A DNA stretch of 64,000 nucleotides from Candidatus Parcubacteria bacterium (lineage in GTDB: Bacteria; Patescibacteriota; Minisyncoccia; Minisyncoccales; JAGMDC01). Positions within the stretch are counted from its first letter, which is position 1. Each line of letters begins with the position of its first letter. The stretch is taken from NCBI GenBank assembly GCA_023131895.1, contig JAGLYZ010000002.1, forward strand, positions 43,364 through 107,363. Direction: 5' to 3'. The notes below the pieces were generated by a model that worked only from the letters and a program-made list of their open reading frames with translations, did no database searches and had not been told where the DNA came from. Position numbers and translations under genes: made by a program. This document shows positions 28,723-36,599 of this stretch, piece after piece.

Positions 28723-28903
28723 TTTAATTTTTCTTTTTTATGTTTCCTTTGTTTTTTCTGTACCTAGACTCCCAACTCTGATTTAATTTTTTCTCGTATT
28801 TGATATGTAAATACCTCTGTTAAGGGAATAACCTGGAGACAATTTGGACATTTTATTGTTTGTTCTAGAATAGGTTCTTTTTTCAATTAATTTTAACTAT
28901 TAA

Positions 28904-31261
28904 TTATATTTCTAGATCTCCTAATGCAGTTATCATTGGAAGTAAGGTTGGGGAAATCGCTCTTGAAAATTGTGAAATTTTCTCAAAAACCGACATAGCA
29001 CCAACTTTTGCGTCTTTAAAGGTTTTTTCTTTTTCAGCTTTTTTGTCAAAATCAAGGAAAGATATACCCAAAAGAACCATACCATACTTAAATCTTGCTT
29101 CTAAAATTTTAGGGTCAGTTTTTATATTTCCTTTTATCTCCATTTGAAGATAAATATTATCCATATTTATGTAAAAATCGTATCCTGCCTCCTCTCCCGC
29201 ATCTAATACATACAAAGCGCTTTTTTCATCGAACTTATATTTTTCCCACTCGTTTCTTCTCACCTCACAGATGTTAGGAATATCAAGATGAGCCGAGTCT
29301 TGTCTATCTGAACCTTTTTTCTTACCGGGAGACTTTTTCTTTTTATTCTCTCCATTATTATTTCCTTCGTTTTCCTGCGGTTGATCTATAATTATGCAAA
29401 ATTCATTTAAAAATGGTTCAACCCGGGTTATATCAGACACTTCTGATTGAAAGTATAGCTTGTCCCCGATTTTTACATCGGACAGCATTTCGATTGTTAA
29501 CGTGGCAATACCATTCCACAAATTTATAGAATGGTTTTTGGTAGCTATATTGTTAATTTTAATGATTAACTCGCCAGGTTCTTTGTCGCGATTAAAATAA
29601 TCATTTTCAGCATCGGTTTCATATTGGACACGAAATTTTGTATTACTTATGGGACACACTTTTGGCTTTGATTTTGTATATTCTTTATCTAATTTGAAAT
29701 AAGTAGGAAATTCCTTGCCTTTAAATTTCCCTTTCCCTGATACCCCCGTAAGCTTAAACGGATTTTTAATTCTTATACCTTTTGTAAAAAGGCTTGATAA
29801 TGATGGGGATTTTTTTATTATATTCTCTAAGATATCCGCTAACGGTTTTGAATCCTGCAACTTGTTTTCAATATCTTCTCTTCTCCTTTTTTCCCTCAAG
29901 TCTCTAAGTCCTTGGTGATTTTTAATAATATCTTCAAGGGACGCTTCGATTTCATCTTGCATCGGTCCACCGCTCAACCTGTCACGACTATTCATAAACA
30001 AATCTTCTTGCATTCTTCTATTAATTTTTGAACAATCTACCATAACCAAAATACTATCTACGAGGTAACCCATACGAACTGACTGCCGTTCAAAGAATGA
30101 CTTTAACAAAAAACCGTGCGTTTGGCCATTAACTGTAAAAATAATTCCTTCTTGGCCGGCATAAGTTTCTCTTTTTCCGGACTTAAATGCAAAAATTGAA
30201 TAATCCATTTTTTGTCCCCTGATAACAAGTTCACCAGAGCTTGGAAAGTTATCTTCAAGATTTTCTCGTTTATCTTCATCAAGTCTAACACTCAATCCGG
30301 AAAGTATTTTCAAGGGGCTTTTCTCATATCTAACATCGGCCACTTTTATAGGAAGAGCAATATTTGGCATCAAAAGTGAAAGTCTATTATGCAAGTGACG
30401 TGTGGCATCAGATCTTAAGCGACCTGTCCCTATTTGGTATTCATAAACTTTTACAAAAGTTCCGTGAGTTATAGGTTTTTTGTATGGCCGTATATCCTCT
30501 CCGGGCAATAACGGCAGAGACGATGAATTAAAAGAAAGAATTTTACCACCGGGAGCGAGATAAATAAAAACAGAACTTCTCATTTGACCAACTGGACTTT
30601 TCCTTCTAATAATTGTCATACCCCATTTATCATCTATATTTTCTTCTTTTATTCCAGGGTCTCTCTTTGATATGATTAGCTGTAAATTATGTTCCGGACT
30701 ACCAAATCTAAAAACTCCCGTTCCGCCCATTCCAAATTTACCTTGCACAAACTGAATTTTACTTTTATTACCCCTATTAAGAGAAAGAAAAGTATTAAGA
30801 AAAGATTTTGGTGACTGTCCTTCGCCTAAATCAACTATTGAATATGAAGGGTTTGCATTAGTCCCTTTTTCACCAGATGCAATTAAAAAAATATTTTCAG
30901 CAATTTTCGATCTTGTACTAGCGTCAATTAAAGATAACTTACCATTATAAATACCAAAATACTTTTTTTGGGCTTCGGCTATGTTTTTTGGTGCAGCGTC
31001 ACTTTCGGGCTTGATCCCGCTCCTCAAACATTCTCGCATTAATACCGCATCTACAGAATTAATAATTTTTTCAACGAGAGCAGTATCTGGTGCGCTCTGC
31101 TGATTACCGATAGTTGACCAATTTCCCTGACTCTCGTCAATTTCCTTCCACGTATTCTCGTCTTTCCATAAATTAAAACTATTTAATACTCCGATAACTT
31201 CTTTTTCTGTTTCTGCTTTTGCTAATAAAAGCGTTAGATTTTTGATATCTTCATTTACCAT
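28904..31261 (-). CDS. GHKL (Bergerat-fold) ATPase, 785 aa, MORC/HSP90/MutL-like N-domain with a large unknown C-terminal region
   Basis: N-box EKIINSVDA (ExxxNxxDA), G1 box VDLGEGQ (DxGxG), G2 box GKFGMGGTGVF. A lysine-rich low-complexity linker (NKKKKSPGKKKG) precedes the C-terminal domain. Confidence 0.8.
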   Translation of the reverse strand: MVNEDIKNLTLLLAKAETEKEVIGVLNSFNLWKDENTWKEIDESQGNWSTIGNQQSAPDTALVEKIINSVDAVLMRECLRSGIKPESDAAPKNIAEAQKKYFGIYNGKLSLIDASTRSKIAENIFLIASGEKGTNANPSYSIVDLGEGQSPKSFLNTFLSLNRGNKSKIQFVQGKFGMGGTGVFRFGSPEHNLQLIISKRDPGIKEENIDDKWGMTIIRRKSPVGQMRSSVFIYLAPGGKILSFNSSSLPLLPGEDIRPYKKPITHGTFVKVYEYQIGTGRLRSDATRHLHNRLSLLMPNIALPIKVADVRYEKSPLKILSGLSVRLDEDKRENLEDNFPSSGELVIRGQKMDYSIFAFKSGKRETYAGQEGIIFTVNGQTHGFLLKSFFERQSVRMGYLVDSILVMVDCSKINRRMQEDLFMNSRDRLSGGPMQDEIEASLEDIIKNHQGLRDLREKRRREDIENKLQDSKPLADILENIIKKSPSLSSLFTKGIRIKNPFKLTGVSGKGKFKGKEFPTYFKLDKEYTKSKPKVCPISNTKFRVQYETDAENDYFNRDKEPGELIIKINNIATKNHSINLWNGIATLTIEMLSDVKIGDKLYFQSEVSDITRVEPFLNEFCIIIDQPQENEGNNNGENKKKKSPGKKKGSDRQDSAHLDIPNICEVRRNEWEKYKFDEKSALYVLDAGEEAGYDFYINMDNIYLQMEIKGNIKTDPKILEARFKYGMVLLGISFLDFDKKAEKEKTFKDAKVGAMSVFEKISQFSRAISPTLLPMITALGDLEI

Positions 31262-31265
31262 ATTT

Positions 31266-31487
31266 CTATAATTTAAATTTTTTATGTTTAGGGAAGTGAA
31301 ATTTTCCTTTTACTTCTCTCAATTTAAAATCAATTACATTAAAAATCTTTTTAATTTCTTCTTCATTATATTGGTAGGCACTTCTATTGGCACAGTTACC
31401 AAGAACCTTAAGTCTTTTTAGAACCTCATTAGTCCTATATGTGGCTAGTCTTTTAAACCTTTCTCTTTTTTCGTTTTGTTTAGTCAT
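31266..31487 (-). CDS. hypothetical 73-aa basic helical protein, first gene of the operon
   Basis: The ORF ends 4 nt before the GHKL ATPase start. No motif I can name. Confidence 0.6.
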   Translation of the reverse strand: MTKQNEKRERFKRLATYRTNEVLKRLKVLGNCANRSAYQYNEEEIKKIFNVIDFKLREVKGKFHFPKHKKFKL

Positions 31488-31521
31488 AATTTTTATTGTT
31501 TATTTAGCAAATAATAACCTT

Positions 31522-31558
31522 ATACGATAAGGATATGATATCCTTATCGTATTGTCAA
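31522..31558 (-). promoter_or_regulatory. 31-bp perfect palindrome (15-bp arms) overlapping a TTGACA-17-TATCCT promoter
   Basis: atacgataaggatatGatatccttatcgtat at 31522-31552. The -35 TTGACA is the reverse complement of 31553-31558. The palindrome covers the spacer and the -10. Confidence 0.55.
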
Positions 31559-31610
31559 TAGTCTTGCCTGTGGATAACTTTTAGTTGATTTTTTTGGCAA
31601 TTTTTGGCAG

Positions 31611-31643
31611 AAAATAAAAACTGCCCAGCTCATTGCTGGGCGG
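31611..31643 (-). terminator. rho-independent terminator downstream of tRNA-Gln
   Basis: Minus strand reads ccgcccagc-aatga-gctgggcag followed by tttttatttt. Confidence 0.8.
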
Positions 31644-31668
31644 CTCAGTCACCTGACTTAGCATGTGA

Positions 31669-31742
31669 TGGCTGCCGGGTTAGGATTCGAACCTAAATAG
31701 ACAGCTCCAAGGGCTGTTGTCCTACCGTTAGACGACCCGGCA
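31669..31742 (-). tRNA. tRNA, probably Gln (anticodon UUG), CCA encoded
   Basis: Hand-folded cloverleaf: TGCCGGG/TC/GTCT-AACGGTA-GGAC/A/ACAGC-CCTTGGA-GCTGT/CTAT/TTAGG-TTCGAAT-CCTAA/CCCGGCA/G/CCA. U1-A72 and G73 fit bacterial tRNA-Gln. Position 33 reads C, which is unusual. Confidence 0.75.
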
Positions 31743-31753
31743 ATCTTTTATTT

Positions 31754-32866
31754 TTACTTTCCTACAATTATCTCCACAATCGCCAATTCTAAGGGCAATT
31801 GCGGTATTGATGAATATTTGATTCTGTTTTCTGCTTGTAGAAAAAGGTTTATGATTTTTTGAAGTTCCAGTTCTGTAAATTTCTCTGTTTGCTTTTCAAG
31901 ATGCTGGACCTCTTCTTTAGTTAAGCCGGTAATTAGCGGATTATCCTCTCCTGCTCCTCCGCTTATTTTTAAAAGCAATGCCTGCCTTAAATAATTTACT
32001 AATGCCTTGCTCAATTCCTGAACATCCTGGCCTTTATCAATTATATTATTTAAAAAATCAATGGTTTCCGCTGGTTTTTTTTGAATAATCAAATCAGTAA
32101 ATTTGCTTACCTGATTTATTTCTACCAAACCTAATATGTCTTTAATATCCTCTGCTTTTATTTCTTTTTTTCTGTCTAAACTAAAAGCGGAAACTCTGTC
32201 TAATAAACTTTCTGCGTCTCTTACTGCTCCGCCAGCATTCAAAGCAATTAATTCTAAAGCTGGTTTTTCAATCTTAATGCCTTCTTTTCCGCAAATAAAT
32301 TCTAATCTTTTGATAATTTCCTCTAATGTTAACTTGCGGAAATCAAATCTCTGGCAGCGGGAAAGAATAGTAGAAATCATTTTATGGATTTCAGTAGTGG
32401 CTAAAATAAATATGGCATAGGATGGCGGTTCTTCTAATGTTTTTAATAAAGCATTTGACGCTTCTTTGGTTAATTGATGGCATTCGTCAATAATAAATAC
32501 CTTGTATTTTGATTTAGTGGGCCCGAACCTAATGCCGTCCCTTAAATCTCTCATTTCATCAATCCCTCTGTGCGAAGCGGCATCAATCTCAATTAAATCT
32601 ATTGCTCTGCCCTGCTTGATTTCCAAACAGGAAGAGCATTCATTGCAAGGTTCAAAACTATCTTGTTTTCTTTTTTCACAATTTACCGCTTTTGCTAAAA
32701 TCCTGGCAATGGAAGTCTTTCCAGAACCGCGCGGCCCGGAAAATAAATATGCATGGGAAACCATTCCTGAAGCAAGAGCGTTAGTCAGGGTTTTAACGAT
32801 ATACTCCTGGCCAACAATCTCTTTAAATGTCTGGGGCCTGTATTTTCGATATAAAGCTAAGCTCAT
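31754..32866 (-). CDS. dnaX: DNA polymerase III subunit gamma/tau (short form)
   Basis: GPRGSGKTSIARILAK, Zn module CNECSSC, IIDECHQLT, and sensor region TTEIHKMISTILSRCQRF. Confidence 0.9.
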   Translation of the reverse strand: MSLALYRKYRPQTFKEIVGQEYIVKTLTNALASGMVSHAYLFSGPRGSGKTSIARILAKAVNCEKRKQDSFEPCNECSSCLEIKQGRAIDLIEIDAASHRGIDEMRDLRDGIRFGPTKSKYKVFIIDECHQLTKEASNALLKTLEEPPSYAIFILATTEIHKMISTILSRCQRFDFRKLTLEEIIKRLEFICGKEGIKIEKPALELIALNAGGAVRDAESLLDRVSAFSLDRKKEIKAEDIKDILGLVEINQVSKFTDLIIQKKPAETIDFLNNIIDKGQDVQELSKALVNYLRQALLLKISGGAGEDNPLITGLTKEEVQHLEKQTEKFTELELQKIINLFLQAENRIKYSSIPQLPLELAIVEIIVGK

Positions 32867-32867
32867 T

Positions 32868-33464
32868 TTATTTTTTGAAGACGATAAATTTATAGCCGAG
32901 GAAATTCCAAGTTAAGCCGACAAAAGAAGCAGTAATTGCCCCAAAATTTGCCCATTGAGCTAGATTCAAATTAAATTGAGGATCAACTAAATTTACTATT
33001 ATAGAAGCAGTTCCAACATTTATTGCAAAACCAATAGCGCTAATAACAAAAAACTGCAAAAATTCTTTTTTCGGCTTAACTGCTTTTTTCTTTTCAAATG
33101 TCCAGAATTTATTCCAAAAATAACTGTTGGTTGTGGCTGCTACAAAAGAAATTCCCTTAAAGAAAGAGTAATATGGGCCTAAAACAACTCCTGAAAATAA
33201 CATTAATAGATTTAAAATCCCTAAATCAATAATTGTGTTTAATACTCCTACTAAAACAAATTTAGCCAATTGCCAGAATACTTTTATTTTCTGGCTTAAA
33301 ATGTGAGCTATATAAAGACAGGTTAAACAAAAAACAGGCAGGAAAACAGGCCAAATCCAATATAACAGCTTTGCCTCCAAGCCGAGATTCTTTAAAATCC
33401 CAAAGCTTAATAAAGCAATTAGCTCTCCAATAACAAGAGCTACGATAATATCTGTCTTTTTCAT
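32868..33464 (-). CDS. GtrA family membrane protein
   Basis: Four-to-five TM protein with FVLVGVLNTIIDLGILN and NKFWTF motifs. Confidence 0.75.
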   Translation of the reverse strand: MKKTDIIVALVIGELIALLSFGILKNLGLEAKLLYWIWPVFLPVFCLTCLYIAHILSQKIKVFWQLAKFVLVGVLNTIIDLGILNLLMLFSGVVLGPYYSFFKGISFVAATTNSYFWNKFWTFEKKKAVKPKKEFLQFFVISAIGFAINVGTASIIVNLVDPQFNLNLAQWANFGAITASFVGLTWNFLGYKFIVFKK

Positions 33465-33593
33465 ATTGTTTTATTCTATCAAAACTAACAATACTTGACA
33501 AGGTTTGATGGTTTGCTATTCTATATAAATAGCTTATGTTATACTGTGAAAATCATTTAATTCAATTTTGCGCTTGCTGCGCATGTTGTTGCG

Positions 33594-33672
33594 CCTCTTT
33601 CACAAGAGGTTAGTTGATGATTATTCATTGTTAATTGCTTATTCTTAACTGGCCTCTAAAAGAGGTTTTTTT
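33594..33672 (+). promoter_or_regulatory. cysK leader with two hairpins able to sequester or expose the SD
   Basis: cctctt(33594-99)/aagagg(33604-09), then cctct(33653-57)/agagg(33661-65), followed by a T7 run. AGAGG is the only SD-like element before the ATG at 33679. Confidence 0.4.
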
Positions 33673-33678
33673 ATTGAT

Positions 33679-34521
33679 ATGACTATCTTAGATTTTATTG
33701 GCAATACTCCATTAGTAAAAATTGGAAATATCTTTGCTAAGTTAGAAGGGTTTAACCCTACTGGTTCTGTAAAAGACAGAATTGCTTTGGCAATGCTCGT
33801 GAAAGCTGAGAAAGAAGGTATTTTAACAAAAGGCAAAACAATTATTGAACCAACAAGCGGAAATACTGGGATTAGCTTGGCGATGTTCGGAGCGATAAAG
33901 GGATATAAGGTAAAAGTTGTAATGCCGGAATCAATGAAAATTATAAAAAGAGCTATGATAAAGGTTTTTGGCGGAGAGATAATTTTAGTTAAAGACAAGG
34001 ACTGGCGGGATAATGCCATAAAATTTACTAAGGGTTTAGCCGAAAAAGACAAAAACCTAGTGATGCTTAATCAATATGAAAATGAAATAAATGTAAAAGT
34101 CCACTATGAGAATACGGCAAAAGAAATTTTAGAACAGATAAACAACAGATCAATTGATTATTTTATTGCAGGCATTGGCACTGGCGGCACAATTACTGGA
34201 ATTGGAAAGCGGTTAAAAGAGAAATATCCGAATATAAAAATTATTGGAATTGAGCCGAAAAAGGGCTCAAATATTGAGGGATTAAAATCTTTAAAAGAAG
34301 GTTATGTGCCGCCAATTTTAGATTTAAAAGTTATTGACAAAATAATTGAAGTTGAAGAAAAAGATGCTTTATTTTGGCAAAAAAAATTAGCCAAAGAATA
34401 TGGCATTTTTGTTGGTATCTCATCTGGCGCGGCAATGTTTCTTAGCCAAAAATTTGCCCAAAAAAATCCTAACGGAACGATTGTCACAATTTTTCCTGAC
34501 AGAGGTGAAAAATATTTGTAA
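33679..34521 (+). CDS. cysK: cysteine synthase (O-acetylserine sulfhydrylase)
   Basis: PLP lysine motif PTGSVKDRIAL, SGNTGISLA, GIGTGGTITG. Confidence 0.9.
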   Translation: MTILDFIGNTPLVKIGNIFAKLEGFNPTGSVKDRIALAMLVKAEKEGILTKGKTIIEPTSGNTGISLAMFGAIKGYKVKVVMPESMKIIKRAMIKVFGGEIILVKDKDWRDNAIKFTKGLAEKDKNLVMLNQYENEINVKVHYENTAKEILEQINNRSIDYFIAGIGTGGTITGIGKRLKEKYPNIKIIGIEPKKGSNIEGLKSLKEGYVPPILDLKVIDKIIEVEEKDALFWQKKLAKEYGIFVGISSGAAMFLSQKFAQKNPNGTIVTIFPDRGEKYL

Positions 34522-34567
34522 AAAAATAGAGGAGCAAACTAAATTTACTCCCATTTTTGGAAACTTT

Positions 34568-34897
34568 TTATTGTATTTTTGCTCCATTTAGAAATCGCTG
34601 GAACTCTAAGACATCTTTTGCCTTTTTGAGTTCTTTCTCTATGTCTACCAACTCTGTTATCTCTATAGTGTTAGTATTCACTATTGGAGCCTTACTGGCA
34701 TCGCTCGGTTTTTCAACCATCCAACTTCCACTTTTCACTTTCCTAAATCGCAATCCCTGTTTGTGTCCCTTTTTATCAATAAGTTCAAGACCAAGATGGT
34801 CAAAGTTTCTCTCTATCATGTGTAAAAAGCTTCTGATCTTTTTCCTGGCTCTCCTGACTTTTTTCGGCTCTGTTATCTCTTCTAGTTGTACTTTCAT
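34568..34897 (-). CDS. hypothetical 109-aa basic protein
   Basis: Strong SD GGGAGGTG 7 nt upstream of the ATG. Paired with the 50-aa ORF upstream. Confidence 0.55.
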   Translation of the reverse strand: MKVQLEEITEPKKVRRARKKIRSFLHMIERNFDHLGLELIDKKGHKQGLRFRKVKSGSWMVEKPSDASKAPIVNTNTIEITELVDIEKELKKAKDVLEFQRFLNGAKIQ

Positions 34898-34903
34898 TTT
34901 TTT

Positions 34904-35056
34904 TCACCTCCCGATTTTGCAAATCCTGTTTATATGCTTCTCGCTTGTGAAAATTTCACCTTTTCCACCCGGGAAAAATATAGCTCCGATATACATTCCT
35001 TTATCTGCTTTTTTTGCGGTCTTTACTATCCTTCTTACAGTTTCTTCTCTTCCCAT
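34904..35056 (-). CDS. hypothetical 50-aa protein (start re-assigned to MGREET)
   Basis: GGGAGGTA SD precedes the ATG at 35056. The longer ORF in the track (to 35185) would overlap the cysS promoter and start. Confidence 0.45.
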   Translation of the reverse strand: MGREETVRRIVKTAKKADKGMYIGAIFFPGGKGEIFTSEKHINRICKIGR

Positions 35057-35168
35057 TTTTTCTACCTCCCTTTTTTTGCTTTTTGTATAAATACTACATA
35101 TAACATAGCATATCAATAAAATTTTGTCAAGGTTGCTTGATGTAAATATATGGGTTAAGATTAAATAT

Positions 35169-36569
35169 ATGTTAAAGCTATACAATACTTTATCGCGGAA
35201 AAAAGAGGTTTTTAAACCAATAAAGAAAAAGCAAGTTGGACTTTATACCTGCGGACCAACGGTTTATTTTTATGCCCATATAGGTAATTTGAAAACTTAT
35301 ATTTTTGAAGATATTTTAAAAAAAATATTAGAGTATAACAGCTATAAAGTAAACCATGTAATGAATATCACTGATGTAGGCCATTTAACTTCTGACGCTG
35401 ATACTGGCGAAGATAAACTGGAAAAAGGCGCAAAAAGAGAAAAGAAAACTGTTTGGCAAATCGCTGAATTCTATACCAAGGCGTTTAAGAAAGATATAAA
35501 AGATTTAAACATTGAAGAACCAGATATTTGGATAAAAGCAACTGACACTATTAAAGACCAGATAAATTTAATCAAAATTTTGGAGAAAAAAGGATTTACT
35601 TATAAAATTGACGACGGCATTTATTTTAATACAGCAAAACTTAAAACTTATGGCCGATTATGGGGCAGAAAAAAGATATCAATGAAACCAGAAGCAAGAA
35701 TAAAAATGGCTGCTGGCAAAAAAAATCCTACTGACTTTGCTTTGTGGAAATTCAGCCCAAAAGGAGCTAAAAGGCAAATGGAATGGAAATCGCCTTGGGG
35801 GATTGGATTTCCTGGCTGGCATACAGAATGCGTGGTAATGGGAATTAAAAATTTAGGTGTTCCATTTGATATTCACTGCGGCGGAATTGATCATATTCTT
35901 ATTCACCATACTAATGAAATCGCCCAGGCAGAAGCTGCTTATGGAAAAATTTTAGCAAATTTCTGGCTGCATAGTGAATTTCTCGTTTTAGGCAAGGAAA
36001 AAATGGCAAAATCTAAGGGCAATATTGCTATTTTGGATGAGGTTATCAAAAAAGCATTTAATCCTCTTGCCTATCGCTATTTATGCCTTGGCGCGCATTA
36101 CCGCTCAAAACTAAACTTTTCATGGAAGGCATTAGAAGGAGCCCAAAATTCTTTAAATAATCTTTATCAAAAAGTAGCCGAATACTCCGAGAACCGTTCT
36201 CGCTCTGGAAGAATCAAGAACGATTCTTCCAAAATCAAAAATTATCAAAACAAATTTCTGGAATTTGTTAATGACGATTTGAATACGCCAAAAGCTTTAG
36301 CTTTACTCTGGCAAATAGTCAAAGCTCAAGAAATATCAAACAGAGAAAAGTATAAACTTTTATTAGATTTTGACAAAGTTTTTAGCTTGGACTTAGACAA
36401 AGTTAAAAAACTGCGAATACCTCAACAAGTTAAAAAACTTGTAGAAGAAAGAGAAAAATTTCGTGAGCAGAAAAACTGGAAAAAAGCAGATGAAGCTCGC
36501 AAAAAAGTTGAAAAAATTGGATATCAAATTGAAGATACTGAAAAAGGATATAAAATCTTGAAAAAATAA
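35169..36569 (+). CDS. cysS: cysteine--tRNA ligase
   Basis: HIGH motif AHIGNLKTY and KMSKS motif KMAKSKGN. Start set at [13 protein letters not shown], which is the typical CysRS N-terminus. Confidence 0.9.
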   Translation: MLKLYNTLSRKKEVFKPIKKKQVGLYTCGPTVYFYAHIGNLKTYIFEDILKKILEYNSYKVNHVMNITDVGHLTSDADTGEDKLEKGAKREKKTVWQIAEFYTKAFKKDIKDLNIEEPDIWIKATDTIKDQINLIKILEKKGFTYKIDDGIYFNTAKLKTYGRLWGRKKISMKPEARIKMAAGKKNPTDFALWKFSPKGAKRQMEWKSPWGIGFPGWHTECVVMGIKNLGVPFDIHCGGIDHILIHHTNEIAQAEAAYGKILANFWLHSEFLVLGKEKMAKSKGNIAILDEVIKKAFNPLAYRYLCLGAHYRSKLNFSWKALEGAQNSLNNLYQKVAEYSENRSRSGRIKNDSSKIKNYQNKFLEFVNDDLNTPKALALLWQIVKAQEISNREKYKLLLDFDKVFSLDLDKVKKLRIPQQVKKLVEEREKFREQKNWKKADEARKKVEKIGYQIEDTEKGYKILKK

Positions 36570-36599
36570 TAAAAATTATATAATTTAAAGTATAACAAT

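Noticed and set aside
23758-31668. Integrated prophage or integrative element with tRNA-derived att repeats
   Set aside because: No integrase, recombinase or phage structural genes are present. I found no copy of the tRNA-Gln 3' end (tggctgccgggttaggattcgaacc) at the distal border.
33508-33528. Cys-containing mini-uORF (MVCYSI) as a cysteine-sensing leader peptide for cysK
   Set aside because: It has a single Cys codon, no RBS and no obvious coupling to the hairpins, so it is most likely chance.
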